The notes beneath the pieces were generated by a model. It was not told the DNA's origin. It did not search any database and saw only the letters and a list, made by a program, of their open reading frames with translations. From IMG/VR virus record IMGVR_UViG_3300032286_000719, positions 1 to 64,000 of that record: a stretch of 64,000 nucleotides of DNA; one strand, given 5' to 3'. Numbering within the stretch: position 1 is the stretch's first letter; every line of letters starts with the position of its first letter. The stretch comes from a virus. A program made the position numbers and the translations under genes. Below, one piece after another: positions 18,501 to 29,700 of the stretch.

Positions 18501-20973
18501 ACCATTACCAAGTAACAGTCCTAGTATGATTATAGGAGGTTCTTCTATCGTTACAGAAAAATCTAGAATAACTATTGGATCAAGTGGAGCATGTGCTACC
18601 CCAGCTAGAGAACAAGATATTAGCGTTGTATCTTATTATGCGTCATTGAAAAATATAGTGGTGAATCAATGGGGACAAATATATTCATACAGAACAGTAG
18701 ACACAGGATTCCAATCACCTATTAATCCTACCTCAACAGGAAATTCAACAGTGTTTGGTGGAGATACATTTATAGGTAGGTTTACATTCAAAACAAAGCT
18801 TCCATTCTTTATTGATAACAGAGTGAATGCTCCTGATGATTCAGATATATTCTATGACGAGATTGGTAATATAGCCTATCCAAAATACTGGCACTCTGCT
18901 AGATCCATTTTAAAAGACTACACTGTAGTATCAGGAGCAGTAGGAACATTATCTAATATTATTTCATACAAAGCACATAACTTTGATTGTCCTAATAATC
19001 AAGAACCTGGACCAACATCAACTCCTTCTTTCCCAGGACAAGATAATCCTAATAGAACATTCTATAATGGATACTTCTATTTGTTTGCTTATGGTATTCC
19101 TAACTTCTATTGTGAGAGTTCTTACAATACAGACTTAAGACAAGCGTTTAATAATAGAGAAGGTGATTTCTGGCCACACGTATCAACAGGTATTCCTGAT
19201 GATTGGGTACAAGAGAACTACGTATCAATTGCGTTTGACAATACGTACAACTACAATGTAACATTCTCTAAACAAAACAAAGAGAATAACTTTACTCATT
19301 TACCTGCAGACTGGAAGAAAGACTTCTGTTTCACATACTATCCATTCAGAACTATCTATTCAGATTCTCAAAATACAGATGCTGATAATAGAGTGAATAG
19401 CTGGTTGACATATAGAGCAGTTTCATATTTTGATTTTCCTCAAAACTATGGTAACTTAACATCACTAGATGGTATTCAGAATAAAGCTATTCTTGCTAGA
19501 TTTGAGAATAAGTCATTGTTATACAATACATTATTAACAATTGATACAAGTAATCCACAAGCTGCTTATTTAGGTAACCCTACGTTATTTAGAAGTTCTC
19601 CTCCAGTTGATTTTGCTGAAACAGATCTTGGATACGTAGGAAGTCAGAATAAGTTCTTATTGAAGATTCCACAAGGACAAATCACTGTAGATGCTAAAAG
19701 AGGACAAGTCTTTTTACTTGGTAGTGAAGGAGCAAAAGATCTTACATCGTTCTCTTCAGGAATGAACAACTTCTTTACAAACCATTTAGCTTTTGAAATA
19801 CTAAGATATTTTCCAAGTAAGGATGTAATGGTAAATGGTAAACTAGTTACTATCCCTGGAGTTGATATAGATAATCATTTCAATGGTATTGGATTACATG
19901 GTGTATACGATAACAGATATGAAAGAATTATTATAACTAAAATTGATTACATTCCTGTAGACTCTAATGTTAAGTATGATTATGTAACAAAAGAATTCTA
20001 TGTAGAAGAACCTATCGTTGGAAGTGCTCCACTTAGAACAATTGTAAGTTTACAAGATCCTGATTACTTCTGTAACAAGTCTTGGTCAGTTTCTTATAAC
20101 TTCAATACACAAAGCTGGATATCATTCCATAGCTATATTCCTAATTTCTACATAGGAGAAAATAACTTCTTCTATTCAGGAATTAATGGATGTTGCGATG
20201 GTTTTGATGTTGATTCTAATTCTACTTTTAATTTTGTGGCAGGAAAAATTATTCCTGACCCTCCAAAAACAACAACCACTACCACTACTATTAATGAACC
20301 AATTACCACAACAACAACCACTACTGGATTTAGTTGTGATTTGTCTGGAAATATTATAATAACTGATTGTTCCTTAGATGGTACAGGTGTGATCACAGTG
20401 GAACCAGCACCTCCACCTTGTGAGAGACCTACAGATTTAACAGAGAATGACTTTATTATTGGATATACAATAACATCTATACCAATAACTGTAGTGTCTA
20501 CAGCTAGTCAATCAGATGCTTGTAATGCAATTAATTATTTAAATACTATTCCACCAAACACAACAGTTGATGAAATAACAGTAAGTTACTCAGATCTTCA
20601 AATTGGATCAGTAATTTATGAAGGACCAAACTTCCAAACAGATTGTACAGTTATTTCTGATGGATGGTATTTTACAAATGAAAGTTCAGCTAGTGGAATA
20701 GTTTATGAAGTGATAAGTGGAATAATTACACAAATTGGAAATTGTTTCCCAACTACGACCAGTACTACTACTGAATCCTTCTGTACATCATATAGAGCTA
20801 TTAAAACAACTGCTGGTGTAACATCAATAACCTTTACAAATTGTTTAGGACTTTCAGAAACTGTAATTGTTGGAAATGAAAATGGTGGTGCTTCATCAGT
20901 ATCTTTCTGTGCAAAATGTTGTATATCTGCTCTGCCATCAGATGTAACACTAACTAATAATGGAATTTGTTAA
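15568..20973 (+). CDS. Tail stabilization / muzzle protein, N-terminal part, with appended Thr-linker and Cys-rich tip modules
   Basis: 1801 aa with GLNLD...YALNA...LYWTDGLNPRR...GTYQFAIQY...GYLRDEVYA...IRHHKFP...FGGDTFI...WISFHSY, hallmarks of crAss tail stabilization proteins. Confidence 0.8.
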   Translation: MAEEQSRNNINQESNTAITGLNLDSSVNQVKQGSLTYALNAAIENFDGNIVNYQNEMGNDLCVTFPKSYLLIGTHFINEKNKHIFFLLNPLTSLSQIGYMENNDCIYHVLVEAACLNFNVDHPIHKVVHKITNCTIELYWTDGLNPRRWLDINNIPYLLTPGADLCNPEFTNELDCNQIKIQPNFSIPQLKVVDVRSGGELISGTYQFAIQYCDPVGNPYTSYYSVTNPTPIVDLTIATVNFNTPVSKSIVVDITDLDVTGQFQYYNIAVIKTINNVSSVELVGTYFIEENYDQIIYTGEDQTATQLTIADIFEKFPYYEIAQDITSVQDILVWDNLTSISRINYQSIASQITVQWESYRIPANESYEDELNATNLRGYLRDEVYALEIVFLLKNGKQTDGFHIPGREQNFNEFSQPDIPDTSADFIGEPDYYSGGVGYSPYWKIYNTASVTGSSPGYSPDPAYKGPYQYGQMAYWESTEEYPCNEDLWGDLAGKNIRHHKFPDVLVSPINETKIFSGPTTMVMGNDAVFPIGIKIDIGQISNLIYNSNLTDDEKSEIAAFKIIRGNRGVHKSIIAKGILRNVNSYEREDQYYYYPNYPYNETGPDDDPFLNETNNAWTDICEPWEINVLEFNLPEGPGPYTYAEVEYTSCNNDKIGKKQYNKIGKHTLCSITRPVPQGNGPFNRMRLNRASLETPVPGTKMNVSPMNYDIYKLQVKTNFLGLPRAGWRAQWQDTVTGITDFWVCCGRSYFVNCIKGTRPVSIQNNTDRISGPEEIRVSDCKTEAPQKPVSAKPELAYRQVFNSPETSFGQPFLGDILKIENVIFGKGLGHFVEVRGNAKYKLLTEQAQRDALQASQNIANLGGFSATAMFTVYQSYLTIYINGITRRNYAYSYNSIADYNYNVGVGNNITMNGVTGIKQRPLDIKRYLIPGVQSVGDTIVVNGVTKNAPINNYRRESTVYLRTSLFREDGVTAVPPLPLPSNSPSMIIGGSSIVTEKSRITIGSSGACATPAREQDISVVSYYASLKNIVVNQWGQIYSYRTVDTGFQSPINPTSTGNSTVFGGDTFIGRFTFKTKLPFFIDNRVNAPDDSDIFYDEIGNIAYPKYWHSARSILKDYTVVSGAVGTLSNIISYKAHNFDCPNNQEPGPTSTPSFPGQDNPNRTFYNGYFYLFAYGIPNFYCESSYNTDLRQAFNNREGDFWPHVSTGIPDDWVQENYVSIAFDNTYNYNVTFSKQNKENNFTHLPADWKKDFCFTYYPFRTIYSDSQNTDADNRVNSWLTYRAVSYFDFPQNYGNLTSLDGIQNKAILARFENKSLLYNTLLTIDTSNPQAAYLGNPTLFRSSPPVDFAETDLGYVGSQNKFLLKIPQGQITVDAKRGQVFLLGSEGAKDLTSFSSGMNNFFTNHLAFEILRYFPSKDVMVNGKLVTIPGVDIDNHFNGIGLHGVYDNRYERIIITKIDYIPVDSNVKYDYVTKEFYVEEPIVGSAPLRTIVSLQDPDYFCNKSWSVSYNFNTQSWISFHSYIPNFYIGENNFFYSGINGCCDGFDVDSNSTFNFVAGKIIPDPPKTTTTTTTINEPITTTTTTTGFSCDLSGNIIITDCSLDGTGVITVEPAPPPCERPTDLTENDFIIGYTITSIPITVVSTASQSDACNAINYLNTIPPNTTVDEITVSYSDLQIGSVIYEGPNFQTDCTVISDGWYFTNESSASGIVYEVISGIITQIGNCFPTTTSTTTESFCTSYRAIKTTAGVTSITFTNCLGLSETVIVGNENGGASSVSFCAKCCISALPSDVTLTNNGIC

Positions 20974-20976
20974 ACT

Positions 20977-21843
20977 ATGTCAAAAACTATTTCTATAAGA
21001 CTAACGCAATCAGGATCTAATACAGGACCCTTTGATATCTATGACCAATTTGGAAATTTGATAGCTGAAGGTGTGTCTAAGAAAACTCTTGCTAGAGGTG
21101 TGAGTTACATTGTAGACAATAATGTAACAATCATCACTATTAAATCTACTGGTAAATGTAGATCAGAAAAGAGTGTTAATGTTGAAAATATAACAGTATC
21201 GAATTACACAAGTATAAAGTTAGTTCAAACTACAACAGCATGTGTATGGACACACTTACTTAATATAAGAAACTATAACACCTTCTATGGAAACATAGAA
21301 CCTTACATTATTGAATACCCCTTTGCTTATAAGTTCCAGGATGAGATATTACAGAATGTAGTAGACTACACTAAGGCATATGATTATTTTCCTATTTTTG
21401 ATGGTGTGTTTAATAACAACACAAGAATAGAAACAAATGATAAATACTTTAATAAATCTATTCTATATAATGGACAACAGAGTTCTGGTCTCCTTGAGCT
21501 TGTAGCAAAACCATTAAATAATTTACAAGCATATAATCAATACCCTATCTTTAACGCTGATAGTAAAACCATCACATACACTAAGAGTGATAACTTCTAT
21601 CAGTACAATACATTCTGGGCTTTAGAGAAAAGTTCTCAGATTCCATTATTCAATAGAACATGTGAAAGCTTATCAATTGATAAAGTGATTAATCAAGGGA
21701 ATATGGATTATGGAACAAGAAGTTTTAAGAAATCTCCCCTAAGAGCAAAAGAACTTAAAGTGAGACATATATTAGATAACACATCAACAACACATCTAGT
21801 GAGTCAATTTATATTAACTCCTGCACAAATATCTTATAAGTAA
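20977..21843 (+). CDS. GPF anchor domain fused to the C-terminal part of the muzzle/stabilization protein
   Basis: N-terminal GPFDIY...GVS...ITIKSTGKC module, then VWTH...YNTFYG..EPYIIEY...FNKSILYNGQQSSG...LRAK, which continues the stabilization protein pattern. Confidence 0.6.
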   Translation: MSKTISIRLTQSGSNTGPFDIYDQFGNLIAEGVSKKTLARGVSYIVDNNVTIITIKSTGKCRSEKSVNVENITVSNYTSIKLVQTTTACVWTHLLNIRNYNTFYGNIEPYIIEYPFAYKFQDEILQNVVDYTKAYDYFPIFDGVFNNNTRIETNDKYFNKSILYNGQQSSGLLELVAKPLNNLQAYNQYPIFNADSKTITYTKSDNFYQYNTFWALEKSSQIPLFNRTCESLSIDKVINQGNMDYGTRSFKKSPLRAKELKVRHILDNTSTTHLVSQFILTPAQISYK

Positions 21844-24800
21844 TGAAAGGAAAAGTAAACTGCACATGTGGATGGAGCTGGAACAAATCTGATTCTAGCG
21901 TTAAAGATATGTACGTATGTCATCAATGTGGAAGAGACAATAGCAACAACATGAAGAATGGTGGTTGGTTAGAAAACTATAATGACTCACAAGCTTCTGC
22001 TCCTGAGGGAATGGTGGGTGATGGATTCTCTAATGTAGGTAGAAACTATTCTCCTGCATGGGGAGGACAGTTTCAAGGTGGTGGTTCTATTCCAGGAACT
22101 CCAGGATTTACATATGCACGTACAAATGATCCTGCTCCTTCAGAAGGACCTTATGCAAAGAAAACAATGGCTAGTGCTCAAGGTGGTAAGAAGATAAAGA
22201 TAAAAGATGAGAGAGGACTAGTAATGAAACCTGCTGAATCTACTAGTGTTAAAAGAAAAGACTTCGACTTATTACAATCTAAAGATAACAAAGCATACAA
22301 TAGTGCAGTGGTAGCACAAAATAAAGAAGCTGCTAGAAGAGCAAAGTTAACTAAAGAACAAAGAGAAAGAGAAGACTACAATGCATATGCTCAAGAGCAT
22401 GGAAACATTACTAAATCTGTTCCAGAAACAACTTGGGAAAGAACAAAAGCAATTGTATCTAATCCTATGACTGCTATAGGATATAAAGTGAGAGGTGAAA
22501 ATCTTCCTGGACGTTTTCAATATGGTCCAAGAAATGAACATGATTATGCAGTTGATTGGATAAACCCTTTACAAAGTGCTGCAGCTCTTTCTAATATTCC
22601 TGGACAATTAGGTAGAGGAGAATTTTTAGATGCAGGACTAAGTGCATTAGATGCTGCAGATCTTGGTATAATGTCTAAAGGACTAAAGAAAGTTGGTACT
22701 AATCAATTAAGAAATTTATCACCAGCAATGGGATATAGAGATGGTGGAATTGTTACAGACTATCCAATATCTCAGAATGGTAAGAAATTTGATTTTAGTA
22801 ATGGACCAGCTGGTAACATGAAACAATCTTTAATAACTGCAATCAATAAAGATAAAAAACAAACTTCAAACATAAAAGAACGAAACACTACAGTAGTAGA
22901 TAAAACTTCTACTAAACAAAATAAACAAAAAAAAACAGTAGATATACCATTAACAGAAAAAGAAAGGTTATACAATTCTATTAATAATCAAACACGTTTC
23001 ATGAAAGATTGGATGGACTCTCCAATGTATGATGAAATGGTTGATAATAGTACAACTGGATATTTTGATGAGCAGTATTTAAATTCTGGAAGAAATTTTA
23101 ATTTTAATAATACAAGAGTTCAACTACATCCTCAACCTAAAAATCATCCAACTTATGGTGCTGATTCTAATAATGAAACAGGATTAATAAGACTTTTTCC
23201 AGCAGGATCTCAGAGTGAGGCTGTTCAAGGAATGCTTGCTCATGAGTTTTCTCATTCTTCAGATAAACCTAGATTTTTAAATACTAATTCGTCTAGTAAA
23301 TTTATACCAAGAAACAAATATAATAATAAAGGTATTGATGAAGAAGTTAGATTAATACCTGAGAAAGATATAAATCTAATGAAGAGTTTTTACTCAAATA
23401 ATAAAACTTATAAAAACTTATTTAATAAATCTGCTTTAAAAAATAAAGACTTAAACGAGCAAAGAGAATGGTTTAACTATGTTAGTGAGCCAACAGAAAC
23501 AAGAGCTAGGTTAAATGACATAAGATATAATGCTAAAATACATGGCATATATGATCCATTCACTCAAAAAGTAACTCCTGAAATTCTAAATGAAATTAAA
23601 GAGTTAACAAAAAAAGCTGAAGGCTTTGATCCATTTAATCAATTACAAGGTGTGTATAGCGATGAAGAAATTCTTAAGTTACTAAACACTGTAAGTCAAA
23701 ATGAACAACCTAATGAAAATCCAAATATTGCTACAGCAAAGTATGGAAGAGTAATTAAAGATGATCGTGGACAATGGGATTATCCAGGAGAAATAACTGA
23801 AATCAATAGTAATGTAATAACAATGAAACCAGATCCAAAAACAGGTAAGCCATTAACAAAACCTTTATTAGGTATATCAGACACAGGAGATGTTAAACTT
23901 ATGCGTCCAGGTGGCAATTATAAATTTGATGGTAAAAGAGTTACAGAGTATCCTATCGCACAAGGTGGGTTAACTATGGGTACAACATCAACAGAAAATG
24001 ATGCAAGAGAATCTTCAGCAAAAGCTGCTAAAGCTAATACTGAAGCTAAAAGAAAAGCTAAATTAGAAGAAGCTCAATTGTTAGCAGACCAAAAAGAAAA
24101 TAGAAGAAATCTTTTTGCTAGAGATATTAAGGTGAGACAACCTGATGGTACAATTAAAATTGTAAATACAGGTTCACCAGAATATGAAGAAATGTATAAG
24201 GCAGGAGAAATACAAAGTGCTGATGCAGGCGAAGGTGATAATCCTTTCTTTGGTGGACAGCTTCCTGAAGTTGTTTTACAACAACAGATGACTCCTCTAT
24301 TAAGAAATAAACTAGATTATGGACGATTACATAATAGAGAAGATTTTATTAATCAAAAGAAAGATGAGTATATAAAAGGACTTGGTAAAAATAATTGGTA
24401 TGGTACTGATAGAAATAACTTCCCTGAGACTGTATTGCGTGATATAAACTCTCACTATGATTATGATAGAAATACAAGTGCTTTAGAAAAGATTGCAAAA
24501 AAAAGAGGCTTTGATTTAAATACTAGAGGTAATTGGATTTATGATCTTACACCAAGTGAAAGAGAAGCATTGATTAATTCTAAATACTCATCGCAACTAA
24601 ATCCAAATGAGTTTTCAGAGATGGCAAGTGGTATACAAGAAATTGGAAATACAATGCTTCCTGGACAACCTTTTAGATTTAAGATTCCTGGTCTTACAGA
24701 AAGAGAACTAGAAGAAGATAGAGAATCATGGCTATCTCCATTAAAGACATTTGCTCCTATAAATATGCCAGGTAACGCTGCAGCAAACTATTTGAAAAAC

Positions 24801-26705
24801 AATAACATGAGTTCATACCCACAATATAGAAATCAGGGTGAATTCGACATGCCATTTTTGGATGCACAAAGAATGGGTAACGTTGATGTTTGGGATTCAA
24901 TGGCTTTAAATCCACTTACGTATGTGGGTGCTGACGCTCTTGTAAATTTACCAGGTGCTGTAACTAAAGGTGCGAGAACATTAGCAACTATTGGAGGAGA
25001 AAATATTAGTAATATTAAGAACGCTATACCTGCTGTTAAAAAAGCTATACCTGCTGTTAAAGAGGTAGTAAAAGAATTACCAAAAGCAATAAAGAAAGGA
25101 GAAGTACCAGAGACAGTCTTTAAAGCAATGCCTGATGAATTTAAACAAAGTCCATTAGGAAAAGATATTCAAGGCACTATTGATCAGAGAGAAATGCTTA
25201 GAAATATGAAAAAGGATCTTCAGAAGACACTCGATGTAGAAGGTAGAGATCAAATTAAATATGATTGGATACAATCTCCATGGGATTTAGAATCTGAGGT
25301 TCAAAATCTGGATCGTATGTTTAGAAGAACAATGACTGATGTAGGAGGAAGAGAGCTTGCAGAGAAAGGTATGAAGGATGTAATAAATTTTCAAAATCAA
25401 TCTCCTGCATATCAAAGATTTCAAGAAATTGTTTTTCAAGGTAAATCTGCTACTCAAGCTGAAATGCAAGCTGTATTAAAAGAAATAGCTGACACTATGC
25501 CTAAAGCAACAAATTATACTAAAGAAGCAAGAAAAGCTATTACTCTTAGACAAAAAGATTTATTATACAATAAGAAAGATGTTCAAGACTTAAAAGCTGG
25601 TATTAAAGCTACTGCAAAAAATACCATTAATAAAATCAAAGGAAAGGATACACCAGATATATCAGAAGCTGCTCCAGTAAATTATTCTCCAGAAGAGGAA
25701 GCAACGCTTGATACAATTAAAGAATTAGGTAAGTATAAAAATTTATTTAGTCAAAATGCAGCACTAGCAAAATCTCATCCTCAGACAATGGAGAATGTAA
25801 ATAATCTAATATCAAAACTTGATGATGATGTTGTAAAGAACGTATTAGGAGTTGGTAAACAAGATCTTATTAATTCATATAGAAACATTGCTCCAAATGT
25901 AAAACAAGCAGAAGCTAATGCAGCAATGGCACAAAAACCTTTTGGTTTAAGTGAGCTTCAAACTATCCTTCCTGATGAATCTAATAATGCTCTTCGAGAT
26001 CTTTACATGAATAAGTATGATGCTCCATATACTAGTGAGCCTAGTTTAGTATCAAAAATTAATAAACGTAAAGCACTAGAGAACTTAGGATATGAACTTG
26101 AAGCTCCTTCATCTTATCCACAAGATTTAATAAAGTACGTAGCAACTAATTATGAACTTAATCCTGATAGCACTAAACCAATCATGGATGCTGCTGGAAA
26201 TGTAATAGATTATGAAAGAGTTTTATCAAGTGCAGGTAATGCAAAAGCACAAATAAAAAATGCAATTAATACTGTAAATAATGCTCTACCAGGTGAAAAT
26301 GTAATAGGATCATCTAGTCTTAGTACAGATTCATATGCTCTTACACTTGATGCAGCGTTACCATATGTAAAAAAAGGTAGATTAGAAGTTAAGGTGGATG
26401 TTGATCCACAAGTTACAAATTCTATGGGATATGCTACTAGGTTTCCAGGATTAGCTTTAAAAGATATTAACTCTAAAATTGAAGCAATAGAAAAAGCTTC
26501 AGGAGTAAAAATACCTAGAGCAAAATATAACAAAGACTATAATGAGTATGATTTTCCAAGAATTTATTTTACTAAAATTAAAAAAAATGGAGGATACATA
26601 GATAGAGCAAAACATGGAAATCAGTTGGTCAAACTAGATCAATTAACTAACTTTACAAACTATAACAAACCACAACCAGGTGGATGGTTGAGCAAATACG
26701 AATAA
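21843..26705 (+). CDS. Mosaic ejected/internal cargo protein with zinc ribbon, zincin (HEFSH) cassette and repeated xxxGG motifs
   Basis: CxC..CxxC at the N-terminus; HEFSH at 23241-23255 with downstream PTETRAR; GGWLxxY at both ends; located after the muzzle gene. Confidence 0.6.
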   Translation: MKGKVNCTCGWSWNKSDSSVKDMYVCHQCGRDNSNNMKNGGWLENYNDSQASAPEGMVGDGFSNVGRNYSPAWGGQFQGGGSIPGTPGFTYARTNDPAPSEGPYAKKTMASAQGGKKIKIKDERGLVMKPAESTSVKRKDFDLLQSKDNKAYNSAVVAQNKEAARRAKLTKEQREREDYNAYAQEHGNITKSVPETTWERTKAIVSNPMTAIGYKVRGENLPGRFQYGPRNEHDYAVDWINPLQSAAALSNIPGQLGRGEFLDAGLSALDAADLGIMSKGLKKVGTNQLRNLSPAMGYRDGGIVTDYPISQNGKKFDFSNGPAGNMKQSLITAINKDKKQTSNIKERNTTVVDKTSTKQNKQKKTVDIPLTEKERLYNSINNQTRFMKDWMDSPMYDEMVDNSTTGYFDEQYLNSGRNFNFNNTRVQLHPQPKNHPTYGADSNNETGLIRLFPAGSQSEAVQGMLAHEFSHSSDKPRFLNTNSSSKFIPRNKYNNKGIDEEVRLIPEKDINLMKSFYSNNKTYKNLFNKSALKNKDLNEQREWFNYVSEPTETRARLNDIRYNAKIHGIYDPFTQKVTPEILNEIKELTKKAEGFDPFNQLQGVYSDEEILKLLNTVSQNEQPNENPNIATAKYGRVIKDDRGQWDYPGEITEINSNVITMKPDPKTGKPLTKPLLGISDTGDVKLMRPGGNYKFDGKRVTEYPIAQGGLTMGTTSTENDARESSAKAAKANTEAKRKAKLEEAQLLADQKENRRNLFARDIKVRQPDGTIKIVNTGSPEYEEMYKAGEIQSADAGEGDNPFFGGQLPEVVLQQQMTPLLRNKLDYGRLHNREDFINQKKDEYIKGLGKNNWYGTDRNNFPETVLRDINSHYDYDRNTSALEKIAKKRGFDLNTRGNWIYDLTPSEREALINSKYSSQLNPNEFSEMASGIQEIGNTMLPGQPFRFKIPGLTERELEEDRESWLSPLKTFAPINMPGNAAANYLKNNNMSSYPQYRNQGEFDMPFLDAQRMGNVDVWDSMALNPLTYVGADALVNLPGAVTKGARTLATIGGENISNIKNAIPAVKKAIPAVKEVVKELPKAIKKGEVPETVFKAMPDEFKQSPLGKDIQGTIDQREMLRNMKKDLQKTLDVEGRDQIKYDWIQSPWDLESEVQNLDRMFRRTMTDVGGRELAEKGMKDVINFQNQSPAYQRFQEIVFQGKSATQAEMQAVLKEIADTMPKATNYTKEARKAITLRQKDLLYNKKDVQDLKAGIKATAKNTINKIKGKDTPDISEAAPVNYSPEEEATLDTIKELGKYKNLFSQNAALAKSHPQTMENVNNLISKLDDDVVKNVLGVGKQDLINSYRNIAPNVKQAEANAAMAQKPFGLSELQTILPDESNNALRDLYMNKYDAPYTSEPSLVSKINKRKALENLGYELEAPSSYPQDLIKYVATNYELNPDSTKPIMDAAGNVIDYERVLSSAGNAKAQIKNAINTVNNALPGENVIGSSSLSTDSYALTLDAALPYVKKGRLEVKVDVDPQVTNSMGYATRFPGLALKDINSKIEAIEKASGVKIPRAKYNKDYNEYDFPRIYFTKIKKNGGYIDRAKHGNQLVKLDQLTNFTNYNKPQPGGWLSKYE
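25023..25061 (+). repeat. 21-nt-period direct repeat (gctatacctgctgttaaa twice; AIPAVK)
   Basis: Exact 18-nt duplicate visible in the sequence. Confidence 0.85.
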
Positions 26706-26706
26706 T

Positions 26707-29700
26707 ATGAAAGCACAAATTTTAAAAATCGCTGGTGTTAAATCTGAAAAGGAGTTCTACAAAAAATATCCTTCAGAGGAAGCATTCATGAAAGTGCATG
26801 GAAAAGCTTTTAAGAAAGCTCAGTTTGGAACTCTTATTGGTGGAGCCACTCCTAAACAAACTGTTCCTAAACCTATGTCATTTATAGACTACCAAGAGTA
26901 TCGTGATGAAGCTGATAAAATAGTCACTGGAAAAACTCAAGAAGAAAAAGATAAAGAAGCATATGAACAAGCTATGCTTGCTGCTGCTGCCAAAGGTGGA
27001 GGTGGTGGAGGTGGTGGAATGGGTAGTTTAAGTAGCATCATGAGTATGGCAGGTATGGCAGCTGGTGGTGGTGGTGGAGAAGCTCTTGGTGGTGGAACTG
27101 ATTCTGCTATGCCTGATTTAGCTATGTCTTTAGGAGGTGGTGGTAGATATGGAAAAAGAATTCGTAAAGCACAAGATGGTGATGGTGTAATGGATGGTAT
27201 TGGTAATTTCCCACCTCCTATAGATTCAAGTCTTGAAGGATCTCCTGGATATCAATACCAACAAGCACACGATGCTCCAAGTGGTGGTGGATTTATGAAT
27301 AGCTTAAGTAATATAGGGCAACTTGCTGGAAAATATGCAGGTCCTATTGGTCAAATAGGTGAAGGACTTAGTATGCTTAAAGCTGGAAGACAAAAAAAGA
27401 AAGAAGCTCAACGAATGGCTAAGATTAGTGATGTTGCTGCTAGAGCATCAGCAACTAGAGAAGAAGAATCTAAAAGAAGATATGTTCGTCCTGAAGATAT
27501 ATCAAATACAGGAGAAGAATTTTTCCCTATATATGGTGTAGGTACAAATGTACTTACTAGAAATGGTGGAGCAGTTAGAAGAGCTCAAGATGGTAGTTTT
27601 ATAACTGGTAATCCTACAGAGATACAAAACACTTATTCTCCTGAATATGATCTTTATGAAGATCTTGGATATGAACCATTGAATGATTCAAACCAAGTTA
27701 AATCTTTTTATCATGGTGGAAGATTATATCAAATGCAAGATGGTGGTGGAACTCCATGGGGAGCAATAGGAGGTATGGCTAATAACCTTGGACAATCTAT
27801 GATGGGTGGAGAAGATGGTGGTGGTAAAATTGGTAGTACAATAGGAAGCACTGCAGGTACTCTTATTGGTGGACCTCTTGGAGGAGCCATTGGTGGATTT
27901 GTTGGTGGTGTGGCTGGTAATCTTTTAGACACAAATGATAGAGATACTAGAAAAGCAGAAGCTAGAACAAAAAATAATGTCCAAAGAATGGCTCTTAATT
28001 CAGCATTCCAAGGATTAAATGCACAGAACAATAGATACGTAAGAAATGGTGGTGATATAGATAGCTATGAAGATGGTGGGTACATGAATCCTGAATATAA
28101 TCCAAAAGTGATAACAATGTTTGGTGATCACACTGCACAAGACTTTGCTGACTATGCAAAGAAAGATCAATTTAGAGCTGGTGGACATTTAAAATCATAC
28201 ACTCCTCCAAGTGAGAGAGCTATGGAAACATATGCTATGGGTGGACAGCTTAAAACTCATTGGGGTGGAAAAGCTGAGACTATGTCTCATAATCCTTATA
28301 TGCCAGGTTCTGGTGAGACAGTAGTATTTAGAGGACAATCACATAATGAGTCTGACAAAGAAGGTAACACTGGTATTGGTATTACATATGGTGAGAGTCC
28401 TGTAGAAGTGGAAAGAGGAGAACCTATGTTTGAAATGCAAGCTGGTGGTGAAATAAATCCTGAAACAGGAGAAGCAGAAAACACTGGTGTAGTATTTGGT
28501 AATATGCCTATAGATAAAAAAATAGCAGGACAGTTTGATGATCCAGACCTTATGGAAATAGCAAACAAATATCATGGTAAGAAATTCAAGAACGTTGGAA
28601 TAGAACTTGCTAAACAAGAAGCTAAACAAAACAAGATTATTGATAAGAACGCAAAAATGTTAGATTCATTTAAAGTGGAGACATCTCTTGACAAAGCAAA
28701 ATTTGCTGCAATACAAGCTAACATGGAAGGAGCTGATTCTAAACTTAGAAACATAGCTAATACTAAAATAACATTAGCTAACTACCAAAACGCAATCAAT
28801 GATGCTAAAGAAGAACTATCTGATGCGATAGGAGAAAATCTTAGTGCTGAAGATCTTGCTAGAGGATACACTAAGCTTGACAAAGACCCTGTAACAAAAG
28901 ATGCTAAGTGGGGTGGTAACATTGCTAAGAAAGCTAAAGATGGTATAACTACAACAGCTGAAACAACTCTTCCTCCAAAAACATTTAAGACTAAAAGAGA
29001 AGCTGAAGCTGCAGGATATAAACAAAACCCTACTACAAAGGTATGGGAAAGAGTTATTACAAAATATAACAAAGATAAGACTAAAGTAGATAAATCTGCA
29101 ACTGCTATGGATAACATTCCTAAACAATCAATAGATAAAGGAACAGGGTTTGCAGGAGGAGTAACAAAAGACAAATTTGAACAGTTTAAAAAGAGATTCC
29201 CTGATTATCCTGGTATAGACAAGTTAGACCCAAAAGATCCAATTAGTTTACATGACTTTAAAACTTGGGCTAACAACAAAGCTAAAGAAATGGGATCAAG
29301 TGCTCGTATATTAGATGATCCTAAAACTAAAAGCAATCCACAAGGACTTCCTATATTTGGTGATCAATACCTTAGTTTTACTGTAGATGAATCTAAGAAA
29401 TCAGAACCAGATGAAACTAAAGAAGTATCAACAGCAGTAGTTGATGAACCAGGTGAAACTCCTATGCCAGAAGAGAAAGCTAAGTTCCCTTGGCAAGCAA
29501 TAGGTAATGCAATTCTTCCTTTTATTAGACCTACAGATCAAGAAGGAATGGATATGAATCAACTATATCCAGAAATGTATGCTATGGCTACTAATCAAGT
29601 AGAACCTGTGCCTGCACAGAGCTATCAACCAGAACTAATAGTTCCTTATGATATTTCTTTACAGGCACAACGTAATGCTGTAACATCTGGTCAAAGAGCT

